Positions 10,905 to 24,654 are shown, numbered from the whole stretch's first letter. The stretch is 63,016 nt of DNA, filler included, from Choristocarpus tenellus KU-1152 (GCA_964200185.2; 9 parts of 9 records of this genome joined end to end with filler, not necessarily neighbours in it); one strand, 5' to 3'. Notes: a model not told the origin generated them from the sequence alone. Numbers and translations: made by a program.

Positions 10905-11735
10905 GCAAGGCAATAAATAGTATATGTGGACCTATTCATTCCACGATGCATGGTATGCTGGCCATGTATTCAAATATGAACCAATCCGATTGAGTCTAGT
11001 TATTGTCCTTTGTACAGCTAGCACACAATACAGCCTGTAACACCACTGTTCAGGAAACCCCATTTTTTCTCATGTTTGGGAGGTGCCCAATTTTACCAAT
11101 TGATCTTATTTTGAGGGTCCCTGAAGCCACCCCCATAACTGTACAAGAATACAGTATGAGAACAGTGGGAAATTTACAGCTAGCTTATGAATTAGCTCGG
11201 CGTAATATTGGAGAAATGGCTCTAAGGAATGAATCTAAGAACATGAACCATAAACTCCTACTATATGAACCCAGAGATAAAGTGTGGCTTTACAAACCAC
11301 ATACTTCAGCTGATGCACCAAACCCCAAGTTATTGTCCCCATGGAGAGGACCTTATGAAGTGAAGGCACATATAACACCCGTTGTGTATCACGTCAAGCG
11401 CTTGGAAGACTGACGTGACGTGAAAGTTCATGTGGCCAGACTTAAACCCTGTGAGGAAGGAACAGTCACCAAACCTGACATCGATGCCCTTAATTCACTC
11501 ATTTTAGTCCGGGTATTACCCGAACCAAATCTTGATCAGGGTTCAAAGACATAGTCAACTATTGGGTCTTACAAAGTAGAGGGCATTGCTGACCATAAGC
11601 GAGTTGTAGGAAGAAAGACCATTCGCAATTTTTTTTACCGGCTTCACTTTCAAGGATATTAACCGGCCAGTGATGTATGGCGCAAACCCACTAAAATACC
11701 TGAGTGTGCAGCAATGATTGCAGCCTATAGGGATG
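10905..11735 (+). mobile_element. Ty3/gypsy integrase C-terminus with GPY/F motif and chromodomain (degenerate)
   Basis: FVQLAHNTACNTTVQETPFFLMFGRCP, KLLSPWRGPYEV, VHVARLKP; from 11570 YKVEGIADHK...FYRLHFQGY*PASDVW (chromodomain-like, internal stop). Confidence 0.88.
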
Positions 11736-11789
11736 AGAACAAGTTGGACCTCCTTAATTTAAGAGCCACTGACCAAGAAGCGACTTGCC

Positions 11790-12039
11790 ATATCTTAAAG
11801 GGTAGAGCTGTGTCCGTTTGGCGGCCAAAACCCAATGTTGCGATTGTGATGTCATTTTGGCTATCATGTTTGTTAGCAAGTGTCAATATCCTTGTTCCAG
11901 ACACACCTTTTCATAACATGCACATTTTACCTACTCTGAAATATTTCGGAATAGAAAAATGTCCAAAAAAAAAACGTGGGAAGCCAAGCCCCAAACGGAC
12001 AAAAAGGGAAAAACTCGTCCCTCTAGAATACTTTCACTT
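11790..12039 (+). mobile_element. MITE family A copy (one TIR eroded)
   Basis: Collinear with the copies at 20464, 37145, 37626, 38990, 39720 and 59956. Confidence 0.85.
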
Positions 12040-12053
12040 ATTGATGCCAACAG

Positions 12054-12313
12054 GTATAAGTTTGTGCCGCGAAACATCTGGGCTCGCCGAGCTAGAACGG
12101 CGCCAAATCGGACGATAACCTCACAGAATGAAATCTGATTGACAATCTCAGCTTTCAGAAACGGTGGGAGTCGAGGATCATCAGGTACAAATTCGAGATG
12201 TGTCAAGCCGTCAAAGTAGGGTCTTTTGGGGTGATTTTGAGGTCGGAACTGGGCACGTCCAGGTTTCAGAACGTCGGCATGGCAACCCCCAGTCAAACCC
12301 CCTGTGTAGGAAG
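12054..12313 (+). mobile_element. 5' fragment of the mariner element also seen at 32385
   Basis: ATAAGTTTGTGCCGCGAAACATCTGGG...GGCAACCCCC aligns with 32398-32658; cut by the contig end. Confidence 0.85.
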
Positions 12314-12413
12314 NNNNNNNNNNNNNNNNNNNNNNNNNNNNNNNNNNNNNNNNNNNNTTAATTAATTAANNNNNNNNNNNNNNNNNNNNNNNNNNNNNNN
12401 NNNNNNNNNNNNN
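12314..12413. other. Artificial contig linker N44-TTAATTAATTAA-N44
   Basis: Six-frame stop 12-mer inside Ns; identical linkers at 20829-20928, 24688-24787, 28931-29030, 35826-35925, 40878-40977, 55601-55700 and 59836-59935. Confidence 0.98.
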
Positions 12414-13191
12414 GGGAGTGGGTTTGCTGGTCGGTCAGTGGTTTACAATCCTTCCCAATTAACCGCACATCTCCCCCCTCCCCCCCCTTCACCTTCCATT
12501 AATATGTTTCCCCCAATAACATTACAATTTAATATTTTTGACAAGTGGCCAATTGTCCCGAAGCCAAGGATTCCCAACTACAATTTGAAGAGCACCAAGT
12601 ATAGCGGAAATGTGTAAATACACAAGATGACCTCTCCATGCCACTGAAGTTGCCCTAGCTTTTACTGAATGAGAGCCCACGACCGAATCCTCTTCAGGTA
12701 GCTTTTCCGCTGCTAGAGGTGCAGTGCTTGTGTGTGTATTGCTGGTAGGACCTCCTGCCGTTTTTGCAGGGACCCCTACGCTTGTTGTTGCTGGTATCTG
12801 CAGAAACAGAGATTCTTAAATGGAACAAGTTGGGACTTGTTCGCGGTTTCTCTTTTCCTGTGTAACACAGTTGAGTCAAAATCCAATTATTCTCCTATAA
12901 AATTGAACATGGAGATGGGGGTTTCTGCTGTTCCGTGCTGATATGGTCCTCCCACTGCTATCTTCATCATACCAATCTGTTGGCATCAGCTTGGCATCAG
13001 GCGAGGACACGGACAACATACTCTGGTGGGCAGTCAGTGATGACAGTGGAAGCCACTGCCACCACTGATGCCCCTGTCCTCTGACTCTGAGGAGCAATTA
13101 TTAACCTTTTCCCCACAACGATTCATAGCCCCTACTACCCCCTCTATTCTCCTTCTTCACACACTTCCTTGAACATGGATCTAATCCATCT

Positions 13192-15301
13192 TCATGGAGA
13201 CAGCATTAGCGACCCCTCCAATGACACTAGTAGGGGTTTTTGTTTTCTAAGCAAATGTGTATTTTTTACTTCTGTACCTTTCTCGATTGAGTTTGGAATA
13301 TCATTGGTAATGGTTTCATCCATATGGAATGTATCCACCTCACTAGGACTGGAAGAGATACTATTGTAGTGACCCTCCAACATACCCTTCTCGTTGCCCA
13401 GCAGTAGGGTTGACCTGGGTGCAGGTGTACCTACACAGTGAAGCCCTTCCTTGTCAATGCCTTGTTGTGCAGGTACTGAGCTTGGACATGCCTCCGTCCT
13501 CACATCCATTGATCCGCAGCAACAGCAGCATTCTGGGGCCACTACAAACGTGACACGACCTTGCACAGCGAACCAGTTGGCTCGTGGCAATATATTTGAC
13601 TTCTTATCTCCCGATCTAAATCCAAAGCTATATCCTTGTACAGCTGCTGCTGGATCCATGGAGGGGGAAATATTTCTTGCTGCGGCACAGGTCTTGGGAT
13701 GATGTACAAATGTTCTTGTTACACAACTGTCAAGAGGGGATTCCACCTTTTCCATGCCACCAATGTTGTCTGCCAGGCTGGAGTGATCTAATTGTTGCGC
13801 GAGGGAAACCTTAGCGTAGCTGGTTTCACCATTGTCGTTATTGTTGGTCCGTGTACGCTTCTTGCAGCAAGTAGGAGAGGTGAGCACTTCACTATCCTGG
13901 GAGTAGGTAACCGTTTGCCCAGTAGGTTGGAGGAAGTCTCTGGCACTACCCGAGGGGGTGTGCAATCCGGTCAACTCAAACAAATTGTTGATGGCATTTC
14001 CACGCCCTGGAGAGGCTGGCAGAGGGGGTAAAAAGGAGTGGGGATAGAGTGACAGGAAAAATATATATGGACCATCGGGTGAACACTTCCTCTCACTTGC
14101 AGCATACTTTGTAGTAGTTTCGTGTTGGTGAGTTTTAGGGAGTGCTGTGGGTGTATACACGAACACATACAACGTCACTCATTCTCCGTTCCAGTATTAT
14201 CCCCTTCGCGACATTGGATATTACCACTGTACGGGCATTGAACAGAGTCAAAGTAAGCAAGAGGTTTCTGGGTTTGTATTTTTAAGGATGCCAACAAACA
14301 TGTGCGAATTTCAGCATTCTGTACAAATGCGCGTAGGGAATTTTCTGCATTATGTCGAAAATTTTCAATCAATAGAGGAATCCCCTCTCTCAAGTCAATC
14401 TTTGTACCTCATTCATAGAAATACGGTGAATAATACCAATTAAGAACATGGTTTAAAATGTAAAAAAGGCCAAAACCTGGGTACTTTTCGTTTACTTTGA
14501 CTCGCACCCCTATCAATAAACAGGATAAAAAAAAACAAGCAAAATCTCACCATCTTTGAAACTGACATTATTGTTATCAACATGGCCTCGACATGGAGTT
14601 CCTGACACTCCAGAAGTTTCTTGTGTCACACGGTGAGTTTCTCCAAGCCGGTTGTCTCGTCTCAAGGAGCCCATCTCTCTCTGTAGTTCCATCCATGGGT
14701 TGACCCATTCACCCAAACCTCTCTCACTCCTATCGGTTTTGAGAGAGCATGTTGCACGACCTCTCCTCCTAGATGAAGAGGACCAGGTACGTGACATACC
14801 TGGCATATGACCCACTTTATTGTGGCATGTCCCAGCCTTCCGAAACTCCCTACGTCCCATGCAGCTACTACAACGAACAAGCCCCCCCGACGGATTTGCG
14901 GTTGCCACTCTTGCCAGTCCTGGGGACGATGCAGATGCAATGAGCCTTGAGGTGCCGTTTTTGGATTGTAGGTCATGGAGCCCTGTGTGAGGTAAGGTTG
15001 CTCTTGATGACAATGGCACCTTGGAGAAAGGTTTCACATGTAGGGGAGGATTAATGATGTGTAGTATTAATAGTCACAGGGAGTGGTGAGTAGTCGTTGG
15101 CAACAATAATGTGATGACTGAGAGAGAGGAAGAGAAGGGTGGACAGTAAAGTCTGTTTTTGCACATGCCTTCCTTCCCTACTTGAACACTGGATGAGGCA
15201 CAGCATGAAGGCGATCGGAGAATCTAGGCTACAAACCCTAGGCATTCACAATAATTTCCACAGAGAAAATTCCTAAAGAAGGAAGCATAAAAAAGAGGTT
15301 A

Positions 15302-15333
<32 letters not shown>

Positions 15334-18300
15334 CACTCAGTAGCTATATGCATGAAAAGGGTGGTAAGAGGGATCTGCCTTTTTCTTCCACTCATGCATG
15401 GAGAGTATACACAATGATTACAAATCACAAAGAACCCCCCCCGCTATTTCTCTAAGTGGAGGGAACTGATGGTATATCACGAGTTAATATCATACTTCCC
15501 TACTTTGTGCATCTATCTATCTCTTAAACAGTCTCACCCTGGATCCATCAATCCGTCGCCACGCTGCTTCCGGCCCAAACATTGATTTAACCCTTGTCCT
15601 GGTTCCAACAGCACATGCCTCACTCAGTATAGCTGCGGTCTCGTTTTGTGCACCCACCAGATGCTCAGGAGCAAGTACGAACGAGGGGTCCCAAGACAAT
15701 TCCGAGGTGAAGATTCCCAGGGTGGAGGCTGCAGCACTACTGGGCGCCCCACATGATGAGTGAGCCCTTGCTGTAAGGTGGCACAGCTTGTCCTCCTGTG
15801 ATAGGTTTGGTGGGGAACCAGTTGTTCGGCCTGATGACAAGTAAGGGACACCCCGGTTGGCAGGAGTTGTAGGCGGTTTAGTGTAAAAAGAAGGTGCTTG
15901 ATGGAAGCCAACCGTGTCGGTCGCAGACGAAACGATCGGCAAACTCTTGTTGTTGTGCTGATTTCTTGTGCATGACTCCTCTGGACTATGGTTCCCCATA
16001 GGTATATGAAAGTAGTTCTGAATACTCTGCATTATGCACCAAGGAGATTCAAACAAATGTACACCTCTTGGCCTGTATGACTCATAACCCTTTGTAGAAT
16101 TGTATCCATCTTGATGCACCAGAGTGTTCCCAAACTTACTACGTATAGGGGTGAGGATACATGAGAAGCAGAACTACTGTAAGTTCCTCCCTTGGAACCC
16201 TGTAGAGCACCAAATTATATTGTCACCCCTACATGCAGTTCTTCCCTTGACGTGTTACTCATGCTCACTGTTGGTGTGGCTTCACATCAACACATGTGGC
16301 ACTAGACAGACCAGGGCATCATTTTATTGAAAGCCTTCCCTTAGTATTCCTCTCAATACTCACCCCCACCTTCTTTGCGGTGTCCTAATCAATTTCTTAC
16401 ACTCATACACTCATCACCGAAAAATGAAACATGTGTTCCATCTAGATCCAAGTCAAAGTAGACAAGAGGTATCTACAGCTGTATTTTAATGATACATATA
16501 TGACATGTTCAAAAATTCCTTTTGAAGAAAATGTATGTATTATTTATTTTCTGAATTGTGTCAGAAACATTTCAATCAGTAGAGAAATAAACCCTCTCAA
16601 GTCAAACTTAGCACTTCATTCATAGATATACGGGTAAATCACAAAAGATCGAAAAACAGACTTGAAATGCAAAACGGCCAAAACCTCGGGGTACCTCTTG
16701 TCTACTTTGGTTCTCTACTGTTTTTAGCTCCTCTAGTCAAAGTATCAGACCTCTCCGTAAAACCGCTTTCTTCAGTGCTATGTCTCAGCAACACCAGTCA
16801 CAGGAAAAGCTGCAGTTCACGAATAGGGTCAAGTCAATTACGTTTGCTCCTGACAATTTGTAAGGTGGTGTAGTAATGCATACGGAGAGAGGTATGCAAG
16901 ACAAATGTATAGCAGGGGAACACAACAGAATACCTGGATCCAAAGCTGAACAGTACCTGGGAGGCAGTCAGTGTTTGATGGCATTGCTGCCCTCCAATTA
17001 TCATCACGGCAACCCTCCTGCCATATCCCAGAAGATCTCTCTAACACCACTCTGTCCGACCACCCTGCCATAATCCCAGTTCTAGTCCGCATCCTCATCT
17101 GATCCCCTGCCTGATTTTCTTCTTGCTCCCCTGCCCTGGCTCCCTCTCCTCCAACCCTCACGAGCTCGTTCAAGATCCCAGCCCCGTCTGGAAGTCCACT
17201 GGGGGCCAGTCCCCCACCTTGACGCCGCCTGTGCAATCGTACCATGCTAGCCTTTTCCCGCTCCAGTGCTGCATCATGCTGTGCGCAGTGACTATGTTTC
17301 CACCATCCTCGAGGGTCATAGAAGAGGTCTCGAGACAGGAGGTGATTGTTGCCGTTGTAAGGGGGACCAGGAAGACCTTTGAAAGGCGCTACAGTAGCCG
17401 TAGTTGGCAAGGTGTTGTGAGGAGACTTAGCTTCCATGATCACCGTCCAGGTTCCAGGGAGTACCTATTTATTTGCAAGGCGTAGAGGTGATATTGTGTT
17501 TACATACCCTGTGGGTGCTCTCAGTGATAATGTAATCAATTTGATGCACAACATCTGCTTAAGAGGTGTATGCACCTGATTTCCACAAATAGAGGTGGGA
17601 TGGAAAAGAGAATTGACAGTTGTCTGAGCGTTTGATTTGAAGCTGAGGTCCATGGTCTAGCTTCGAACTCCACACTCCTGTAGCTTTTGGCTTCCATACA
17701 TATGGGTAAAAGATTCGTTTTTGTGAGGAGGGAAGTTATTGGATTTTGCTATACGACACCATATTCGTTCTTGTTTCTGAAATACTACAGGCTTTGTACT
17801 CTGAGGTGATGCTTTTAAGGGAGACATTGCTTAGCCATGGGGCTTGATACTTTACCAAACTCTATTTTAAACACTGCTCAAAATACCAGCCAAGGTAGGT
17901 ACTCATATAGAAGGGTGCCTTCCCCACGTTTTCCTCTTCATCACCAAACTTACCTGCACCACCTCCCCAGCCTTAGGCTTTCGTACCATCCTGCTGACAC
18001 AACACGAATCTTCCTTCCCTAGCTCTTCTTTCCTATCCCTCACGATTTCCACTGATTCCAGCTCTCCTGTCCCCAAAAACCCACGTTCCTCACCCGAGGG
18101 AAAGAAATACGCAGAGTCACATTGAGATGATGGTGACATGTTTTGCTTACCGCTCAAGGAGATAGAGGATGAGACAGGGGCACTGGAGCTTTCAGCATTG
18201 GGCCCACTACTGCTGCCGACTTCGAAAGAAGTTTGTGCATCTCCGAGGTGGGACGGTTGTGAAAGAACCTGAAAGGTTATTGTAGGTAGCAGGGCTTTAT

Positions 18301-19760
18301 GTATTCAAGGAGACTGATTGGGTATAGGGGCTTAAGAACATTACTGCTTGGTCTGCCCACCACACATTCCCGTCTTTCCATTGGCCAGCAATGCTACCGT
18401 TGGGCTGACATATAAAACAACCTTTTACCCCCCCCTCATCTTGGAGACGTGGTTTTTTACGCTTTATATCATTGGTTATGGCGGGGGATTGGAGGGGGTC
18501 CACTATAGATAAGCAGACTTTTGGGAATACATGCTAGACAGGTAACTATCTTTTGTATTCAACTCTCATCAGAGAACAGAGAAGGGCGATCGGCTAGTGT
18601 GATATTGGTGTTCATTTTGATGGGACTAGGTGGGTGTGCTTCCATATGTGCAGAGGTGTAGAAATGCAGTTTTCTCCTTGCTGGTCACCCTCTGATAAAG
18701 GGATTCAGCAAAACAATGTTGTGCCCAGGTTGCCCTGCACATTTGTGCAATTTTTGTTTCTAAAGTCTCTCCTAAAAATTACCCCTGAGAGTAGTATATT
18801 TCTTCCTTGTTTGAATGGATATTGCCTCATCTACTAACAGCAATGCTTGGAATTATCAATCGGAGCAACAGCATTTAGGTTAGAGGGCTTGGCAAACGAG
18901 TTAGGCAAGGAATCAAACGACCAGAGTAACCCACCTCCTCCACAGAACTTTCACCAAGAAAAAGGTCTATTCGGCCCATCCCAGCCATGGTCAACAACGG
19001 CTCCATGGAGTCATAGATACGCTGTGGGCCAGGACTGCTTTGCCTCACCACCAATGGGGGTACACGAGGACTGCGAGTTAGCAGGATGACTGCCCTTCTG
19101 CAAAGCATGGTGCGTCCATGAGTTGTCTCATCTGCACGATGCCTCCTAACCCACCCCAGCTGACCCCCAGCCCTCCAGCCCCTGTCGCCAACATTCCTAT
19201 GGTGGTGCATCCTTTGCAGGCTTGAATATTCCATTCCCTTGCCATTGGTAGCATCTCCTTGCCCTTGCCCCACAGCTTCTCCTCCCCCCTCAACAGCACC
19301 AATCCGTCCGTCCCCTGTATCTACGCTTGTAGTAACTATTTCCTCTTCCAGACTTTTCTGATACCCTTCTACACTCTCTTCCCCAATTCCATCCCTTCCC
19401 TCTCCCCTATAGCCTTGGTGAGGCTCCAGCATTTGGGCACCTTGGTCGAACCCACACAAGTTGCTGCATCCTTCATGGGTAATGGTAAGGCCACTAGGAC
19501 CTGTGACTACAGGGGGTAGAGCAGTCAACAAATCTTTGTACTCACAAGACAGAAGAGGAGGTGCACTGGTGTTTATCCTTCCACAACTGGATGCCTGATC
19601 AGGGGGGGACAAAGGAGAGTAGAGGAGTTGTAAGGGGGACTGGATGGGGAGGAATATATTGTCACCTCCATGTTGCCTAACTCTGAGGCATTGGCTAAGC
19701 CTCCTACAGAATCATTCCAGAAGTGGAAACCTACACTAGACAAGATCATCTCCACGTCGA
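13192..19760 (-). CDS. Possible multi-exon gene or pseudogene for a low-complexity protein of unknown function
   Basis: Series of long co-oriented minus-strand ORFs (13192-14178, 14513-15037, 15517-16119, 16838-17443, 18875-19612), S/G/P/E-rich, separated by AT-rich MITE-containing spacers; no domain recognised and exon structure not resolved. Confidence 0.35.
14245..14503 (+). mobile_element. MITE family C copy
   Basis: TIRs GAGTCAAAGTAA...TTACTTTGACTC; flanks ACA/GCA; interior homologous to 16450-16713. Confidence 0.85.
15302..15333. repeat. (CAT)n microsatellite
   Basis: About 10 CAT units. Confidence 0.95.
16450..16713 (+). mobile_element. MITE family C copy
   Basis: TIRs AAGTCAAAGTAGACAAGAGGTA...TACCTCTTGTCTACTTTGGTTC; flanks TCC/TCT. 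Confidence 0.85.
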
Positions 19761-20392
19761 CGTTGAAGATTCGTGAAATGAAAACAGTTTTATTGCTAAT
19801 ACGAGGAATGGAGAGAACCAGCGATTAGCCTGTGTGTGTTCCTTTGAAGAGGAAATTACAGATAGCAACATGTGCTCTTGAGGAGGACTTACCATGAATG
19901 AGGGGGAGAGAGAAGCAGGTTGGTTTGGTTCAAGAGATTTGCCTTGATGTTCATTGTCCATTTCATGTGCTGAAACTAGAGAGAGCATACAATACATAGA
20001 GGGTGGTGAGGTTGTAGGAAGTCTATATCCACATTACAACTGTGTAGACTAGTCCCCACTGATACCGCACCATAATGTGGCATCAATGCTTGTAGGCACT
20101 GACCATTTCCAGCTCCTGAATGACACCCTCACGAAGCATGGAAGAAAGAGCCGTGCACACAAATGGCGGTGCTCTGCTAAGGTCATTGTGCACACTCGCA
20201 GAAACCCCTTCCTGGGAAATCAGAAGAATCATTAGTGCCTCTGAGAGCACCTGCGTAGGAGTGGGGTAAGGCACACTAGTGAGTTGCGTGCTTTAACCAT
20301 TCACAAACTATACACAACAAAATTAGATAAACCACCAAACTCTGCTTGTGAATAGCTAAAACCCAATGAGAGCAAATGTAAAGCATGGAGCT

Positions 20393-20828
20393 GGCTCAAA
20401 GTATCTGGGAGAGGGGGTTAGGGGTCTACACCAGGGTGTCCATTCGGGCCCTGACCAGGAAAAGAGTGAAAGTATCTTAGAGGGTAAGAGTTTTGCCCTG
20501 TTTGTCCATTTGGGGCTTGGCTTCCCACAGGTTTTTAATGACATTTTACCTACTCCAAAATGTTTTTGAGTAGATATAATGCATGTTATGAAAAGGTATG
20601 TCCGGAACAAGGATATTTACATCTCCTAACAATCATGATAGCCAAAATTACATCAAAATTGCAACATTGGATATTGGCCCCCAAATGGACGCGGCTCTAT
20701 CCTCTAAGATACTTTGACTCAAAAGCGTACTTACATTGTCCATCCGACACATGCAACCAAATCACCAGAAAATGCGACATGTAAAAATGGGCCCCAAATG
20801 GACAGGCACCCCCCCCCCCCCATCCTTC
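20393..20828 (+). mobile_element. MITE family B (G/C-run TIRs) interrupted by a family A copy at 20464-20720
   Basis: GGCTCAAAGTATCTGGG start; the two flanks join to match the reverse complement of 61988-62199; the inserted A copy is flanked by AAA/AAA. Confidence 0.85.
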
Positions 20829-21385
20829 NNNNNNNNNNNNNNNNNNNNNNNNNNNNNNNNNNNNNNNNNNNNTTAATTAATTAANNNNNNNNNNNNNNNN
20901 NNNNNNNNNNNNNNNNNNNNNNNNNNNNATGCTTTTCCCCCCCCCCCCCCCCCCCCCCCCCCCCTGTGCCAATATTGATGTTCCAGTGTGTATTTGTGTA
21001 TTTTTGGAGTGTTTTCTGTTCGGTTCCGTTTTTTTTTTTTATTATTATTTTTTTTTGTGCACTTTAGAAAAAAATCCCCCCCGGAAATGGTTTAATTATT
21101 ATTGATCCTTTGATGTGTGTGTGTGTGTGTGTATGTATGATGTAAAAAGAGCATGAAAAGCTTTGGAAGTTTGTGAGGATCCTTCCTGTGCGCAACTAAC
21201 CAATGAATCAACCCTTGTAGACGCCTCTTGGGTAAGGTAAGGTAAGGTAAGGCAAGTATTTTCTCACCCCATTACCGTCTCTCTTCTTTTTTTTTGTTTT
21301 TGTTTTTGTTTTATTTTCTTTTTTCTTTTAAACTACTGTTTTTTGTTATTGTCACATGTTGGAATCATTTTATATTACATGGCAG

Positions 21386-23084
21386 GCGGTGAAGGACACC
21401 ATTATCCAGCGGAAGAAGAGAGGTTACATGGCAGGCGCTGCTTTTGGGTACAGCCAGGTTGGTTTTTGTCCCCCCAACAATTCAATACAAGGGTTCGCTG
21501 GTGTTAAAAATATATATATATATTCCTTTTTTACTAGTAATACTGATTGTGACTGTACTTTTGTTACTAGCTATACTGATTGTGACTGTGCTTTTGTTAC
21601 TAGTAATACTGATTGTGAGTGTGCTTTTGTTACTAGCTATACTGATTGTGAGTGTGCTTTTGTTATTAGCTATAGTGATTGTGACTGTGCTTTTGTTACT
21701 AGTAATACTGATTGTGATTGTGCTTTTGTTACTAGCTATAGTGATTGTGACCGTACTTTTGTTATTAGCTATAGTGATTGTGAGTGTACTTTTGTTACTG
21801 GTAATAGTGATTGTGACTGGTTTGTTTGTGTGCGCTCTGTTTATCCTTCCTCCGTGAGACTGATGCAACTGTCATTTTTATTTAAAACCGTGTAATTATT
21901 GTATATTAGAAAGGCGTTACTTTGAAGGTCACGCCGATGTTGTATATTGCGCTTGGATGGGCAACTAGTTTCGTTTTTTTTTTCCTCACCCTGCTGTTGT
22001 GTGTGTGCGTTTTCCGAGAATTTTCCAGATCACGCTGTGCAATGTTTTGGAGTTTCGATATATTGTGATTTTGACTTCTGAAGTGGTGCTTAGGGTTAGG
22101 GTTATAACGCATCCGTTCGGGTCAATGCAACACGCCAGCCGCTTCGTTGGTGTACGATTTATTACTGGTATTGTCTTCTGTGTGATGTTTTTATTCTGAA
22201 GAGGTATTGTACCTATTTTTTTTGTATTTTTTTTTAGAATGTAGACAAGAGACACTGAGGACTGTATGCGGTGGTTACCTTAGCACACGGTCGGGCCCGC
22301 CGAGTGAGCCCATGAAATAGAATGGCGAAACAATGCCATTGGTTCAAGTACAAGTCACTTCTGTTCTCATTGTTCCTGTTCATTGCTTGCAGGGGGGGGG
22401 GTACCTCCTTATGCTTTGAGTGCCAATACCTCAACGGCTATTTGCCAATACTATGCCTTACAAGACTTTCGAAGGAGACAGACTCCTACACTTTTGAAGC
22501 TCCTTGTCTCCCACCCTCAATCCATCGAGATGTACACACTGGCTTTGTCAAGTTTGCTTTACACTCTGAACCCTTCACAACTAATCAGGACTTTACCTCC
22601 CCAAGCTCTCGTCATCGGTCACTACTACCAAAACCCTCACCCCTCCACCCCCACCCCCACCCCCCACACCTCCCCCCCTTCCCCCATTGCTTGCAAACAA
22701 AAATTTAAACTGTCTCTACCACAAAGGGTATGATGTTCTGGGTGTTTGCAGTTCTCTTCTACTATGGCTCTATTCTGATTGATAATGGGACAGTCAACTT
22801 CCTAGACTTCTTCCAGGCCATGTTTGCTGTCATACTGGGAGCCTTTGGAGTGGGAAAGGTAAATCCTATTGCCGATGTCTTCATGGGCACTCAGCTTCGC
22901 CTGATGTGGACGACGTCGATGGCTCTTGAGTTGTTTTCGGAGTGACACTGCTGTTGTCAACAAGGTCTTTTCCCCCCTTTTTTTGTCATGGACTGCTTAG
23001 GGTTAGGGTTAGCTTTGGGTCAGTGTTAAAAGTTTGTGATTGATGGATTCGGATATGGAAGGGAGTCAGTCATGTGTGCCTTTG

Positions 23085-23119
<35 letters not shown>

Positions 23120-24567
23120 TGACATTCTTTTCTTACGGTGATCGTCTCTTCCTCTTGTTTTGTACAAAATCCTCCTCCCCCCCCCCCCCCCCCCCCCTAA
23201 CTCTTCCAGGTCAACACTGAAGTAGGAGCTTCAAAGTCCGCCAAGCAGGCTGCTAGTCGTATATTCCGCCTAGAGGATGACCCTGTCCCTATTGATGCCT
23301 TGAGCACGAGTGGAGCCAGGGGAGTGACTGAATCAGAGAAGGGAGGAGTAGAAGGAGGGGGAGTATCAATTCGGTTTAGGGGTGTCAAGTTTGCCTATCC
23401 CCAGCGACCGGAGGCTCAGGTGAGGGGCTTCTAGAAACGCACCCTGTTTTAGGGTTCTGGTTTGAGAGAAGTCGACGCTTTTTGTTTGTTTTTTTGTTCT
23501 TTTTTTTTGACAGGGAAGGGTGTACTGATGTTTTTTTTTCTATTTTTTATAGGCCTTGCTGTGATTTATTTCTTCTTCTTATTTGTTGATGGTGTGGTAA
23601 CTGTTTTTGACTGTGCACTACCTTGTAAGTGATGTTGGGGGTTCGACTTCGGTTGAAGGCAGTTTTGTTTTGTTTATTGTTTTTTCCATCGAGAAAATGT
23701 GCAGAAATTTCTAGGGTTGTGGAGTTTTATTGGGGGGCAAGGAGAGCAGTCTCCTTAATTAATTAAGACTTTGCCTATTCTTTGTTGTTGTGAAAATGAA
23801 ATGAAGAGTATAAGGGTTTATGTTGTTGTGTGAGTCAGAACAACTGCTGTACTGTTTTTTTTTTTAGAAGGGATCATTGCATGTCATTTCCCATCCCTCA
23901 GCTTTTGAGTGGTGAATGTTGAGCTCTACTCCTAGCTCCATTTGGTAGTGGATGTGATTTGTCTTGAAACAGGTGATGTAAGGAGGGAAATGGGTGATGT
24001 TGCATAGAATATATGTAAACGTTTGTCTTTGAGCTTGTCTTGTCTGCCTGCTTGATAGTTGGCAGCTGCTCTTGATGAAGCACAAAGTAGTCTCGCGTGG
24101 TCCCCACCCTACCCCCTCCCCAGCTCTAAGAAGAGGTGTGAGGGATAGTGTAAAGATGGTGTAGGTGTGTGCGTGGGGCTTTCAGCGATAGCATGTGATA
24201 CGAGCTATCGTTACTGAGCAACACTTGACATCTCAGCCACGTGTTCATTGGCTCTTTTTAGTTGGATGAAGTTGAAAGAGGTGAAAGGTGAGGTGAAAGG
24301 GTCACTTGCCTCTTTCTTCCTCTTCCCCTCATGTTCGTGCATGACATGACCCAGCCCCGTGTTGGGTTTGGTATTGCCATTTCTGGTCGAACCAACTGAG
24401 TGCGGTATGTGTGTTGTCGTGTTGTGTGGATGCATTTTTTTTTATCAGATTTATGGATCACAGGAGTTCCCTGAAGGCTTTTGCTTGGATGTGTCACCCG
24501 GGGAGACAGTCGCCCTGGTTGGTCCTTCTGGTGGTGGCAAGTCCACTTGCATACAGCTCTTGCTAAG
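21386..24567 (+). CDS. ABCB/MDR (P-glycoprotein-like) ABC transporter, four internal exons: 21386-21457, 22727-22858, 23210-23419, 24449-24567
   Basis: GT-AG exons join in frame: ...[26 protein letters not shown]...[12 protein letters not shown]/...AASRIFRL...[19 protein letters not shown]...[23 protein letters not shown] (end of TMD, then Walker A). Partial at both contig ends. Confidence 0.95.
21532..21822. repeat. Intronic 33-bp minisatellite, ~9 units
   Basis: Unit TACTAGTAATACTGATTGTGACTGTGCTTTTGT with few variable positions, no spacers. Confidence 0.95.
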
Positions 24568-24612
24568 GTATACCAACAAAATGCCTTCTTTGTCTTTTGT
24601 CGCCCCCTTCCC

Positions 24613-24654
<42 letters not shown>

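Noticed and set aside
12314-12413. Recurrent TTAATTAATTAA palindrome as a biological repeat
   Set aside because: Always centred in 88 Ns: an artificial six-frame-stop linker. Adjacency across linkers carries no biological meaning.
21532-21822. CRISPR-like array
   Set aside because: Head-to-tail repeats with no unique spacers, no cas genes, and located in a eukaryotic intron.
21444-21868. Hydrophobic and Thr/Ile-rich repeat ORFs
   Set aside because: Translations of the minisatellite.
23755-23766. TTAATTAATTAA without Ns inside an ABCB intron
   Set aside because: Flanking exons remain collinear and in frame; most likely a chance AT-rich match.
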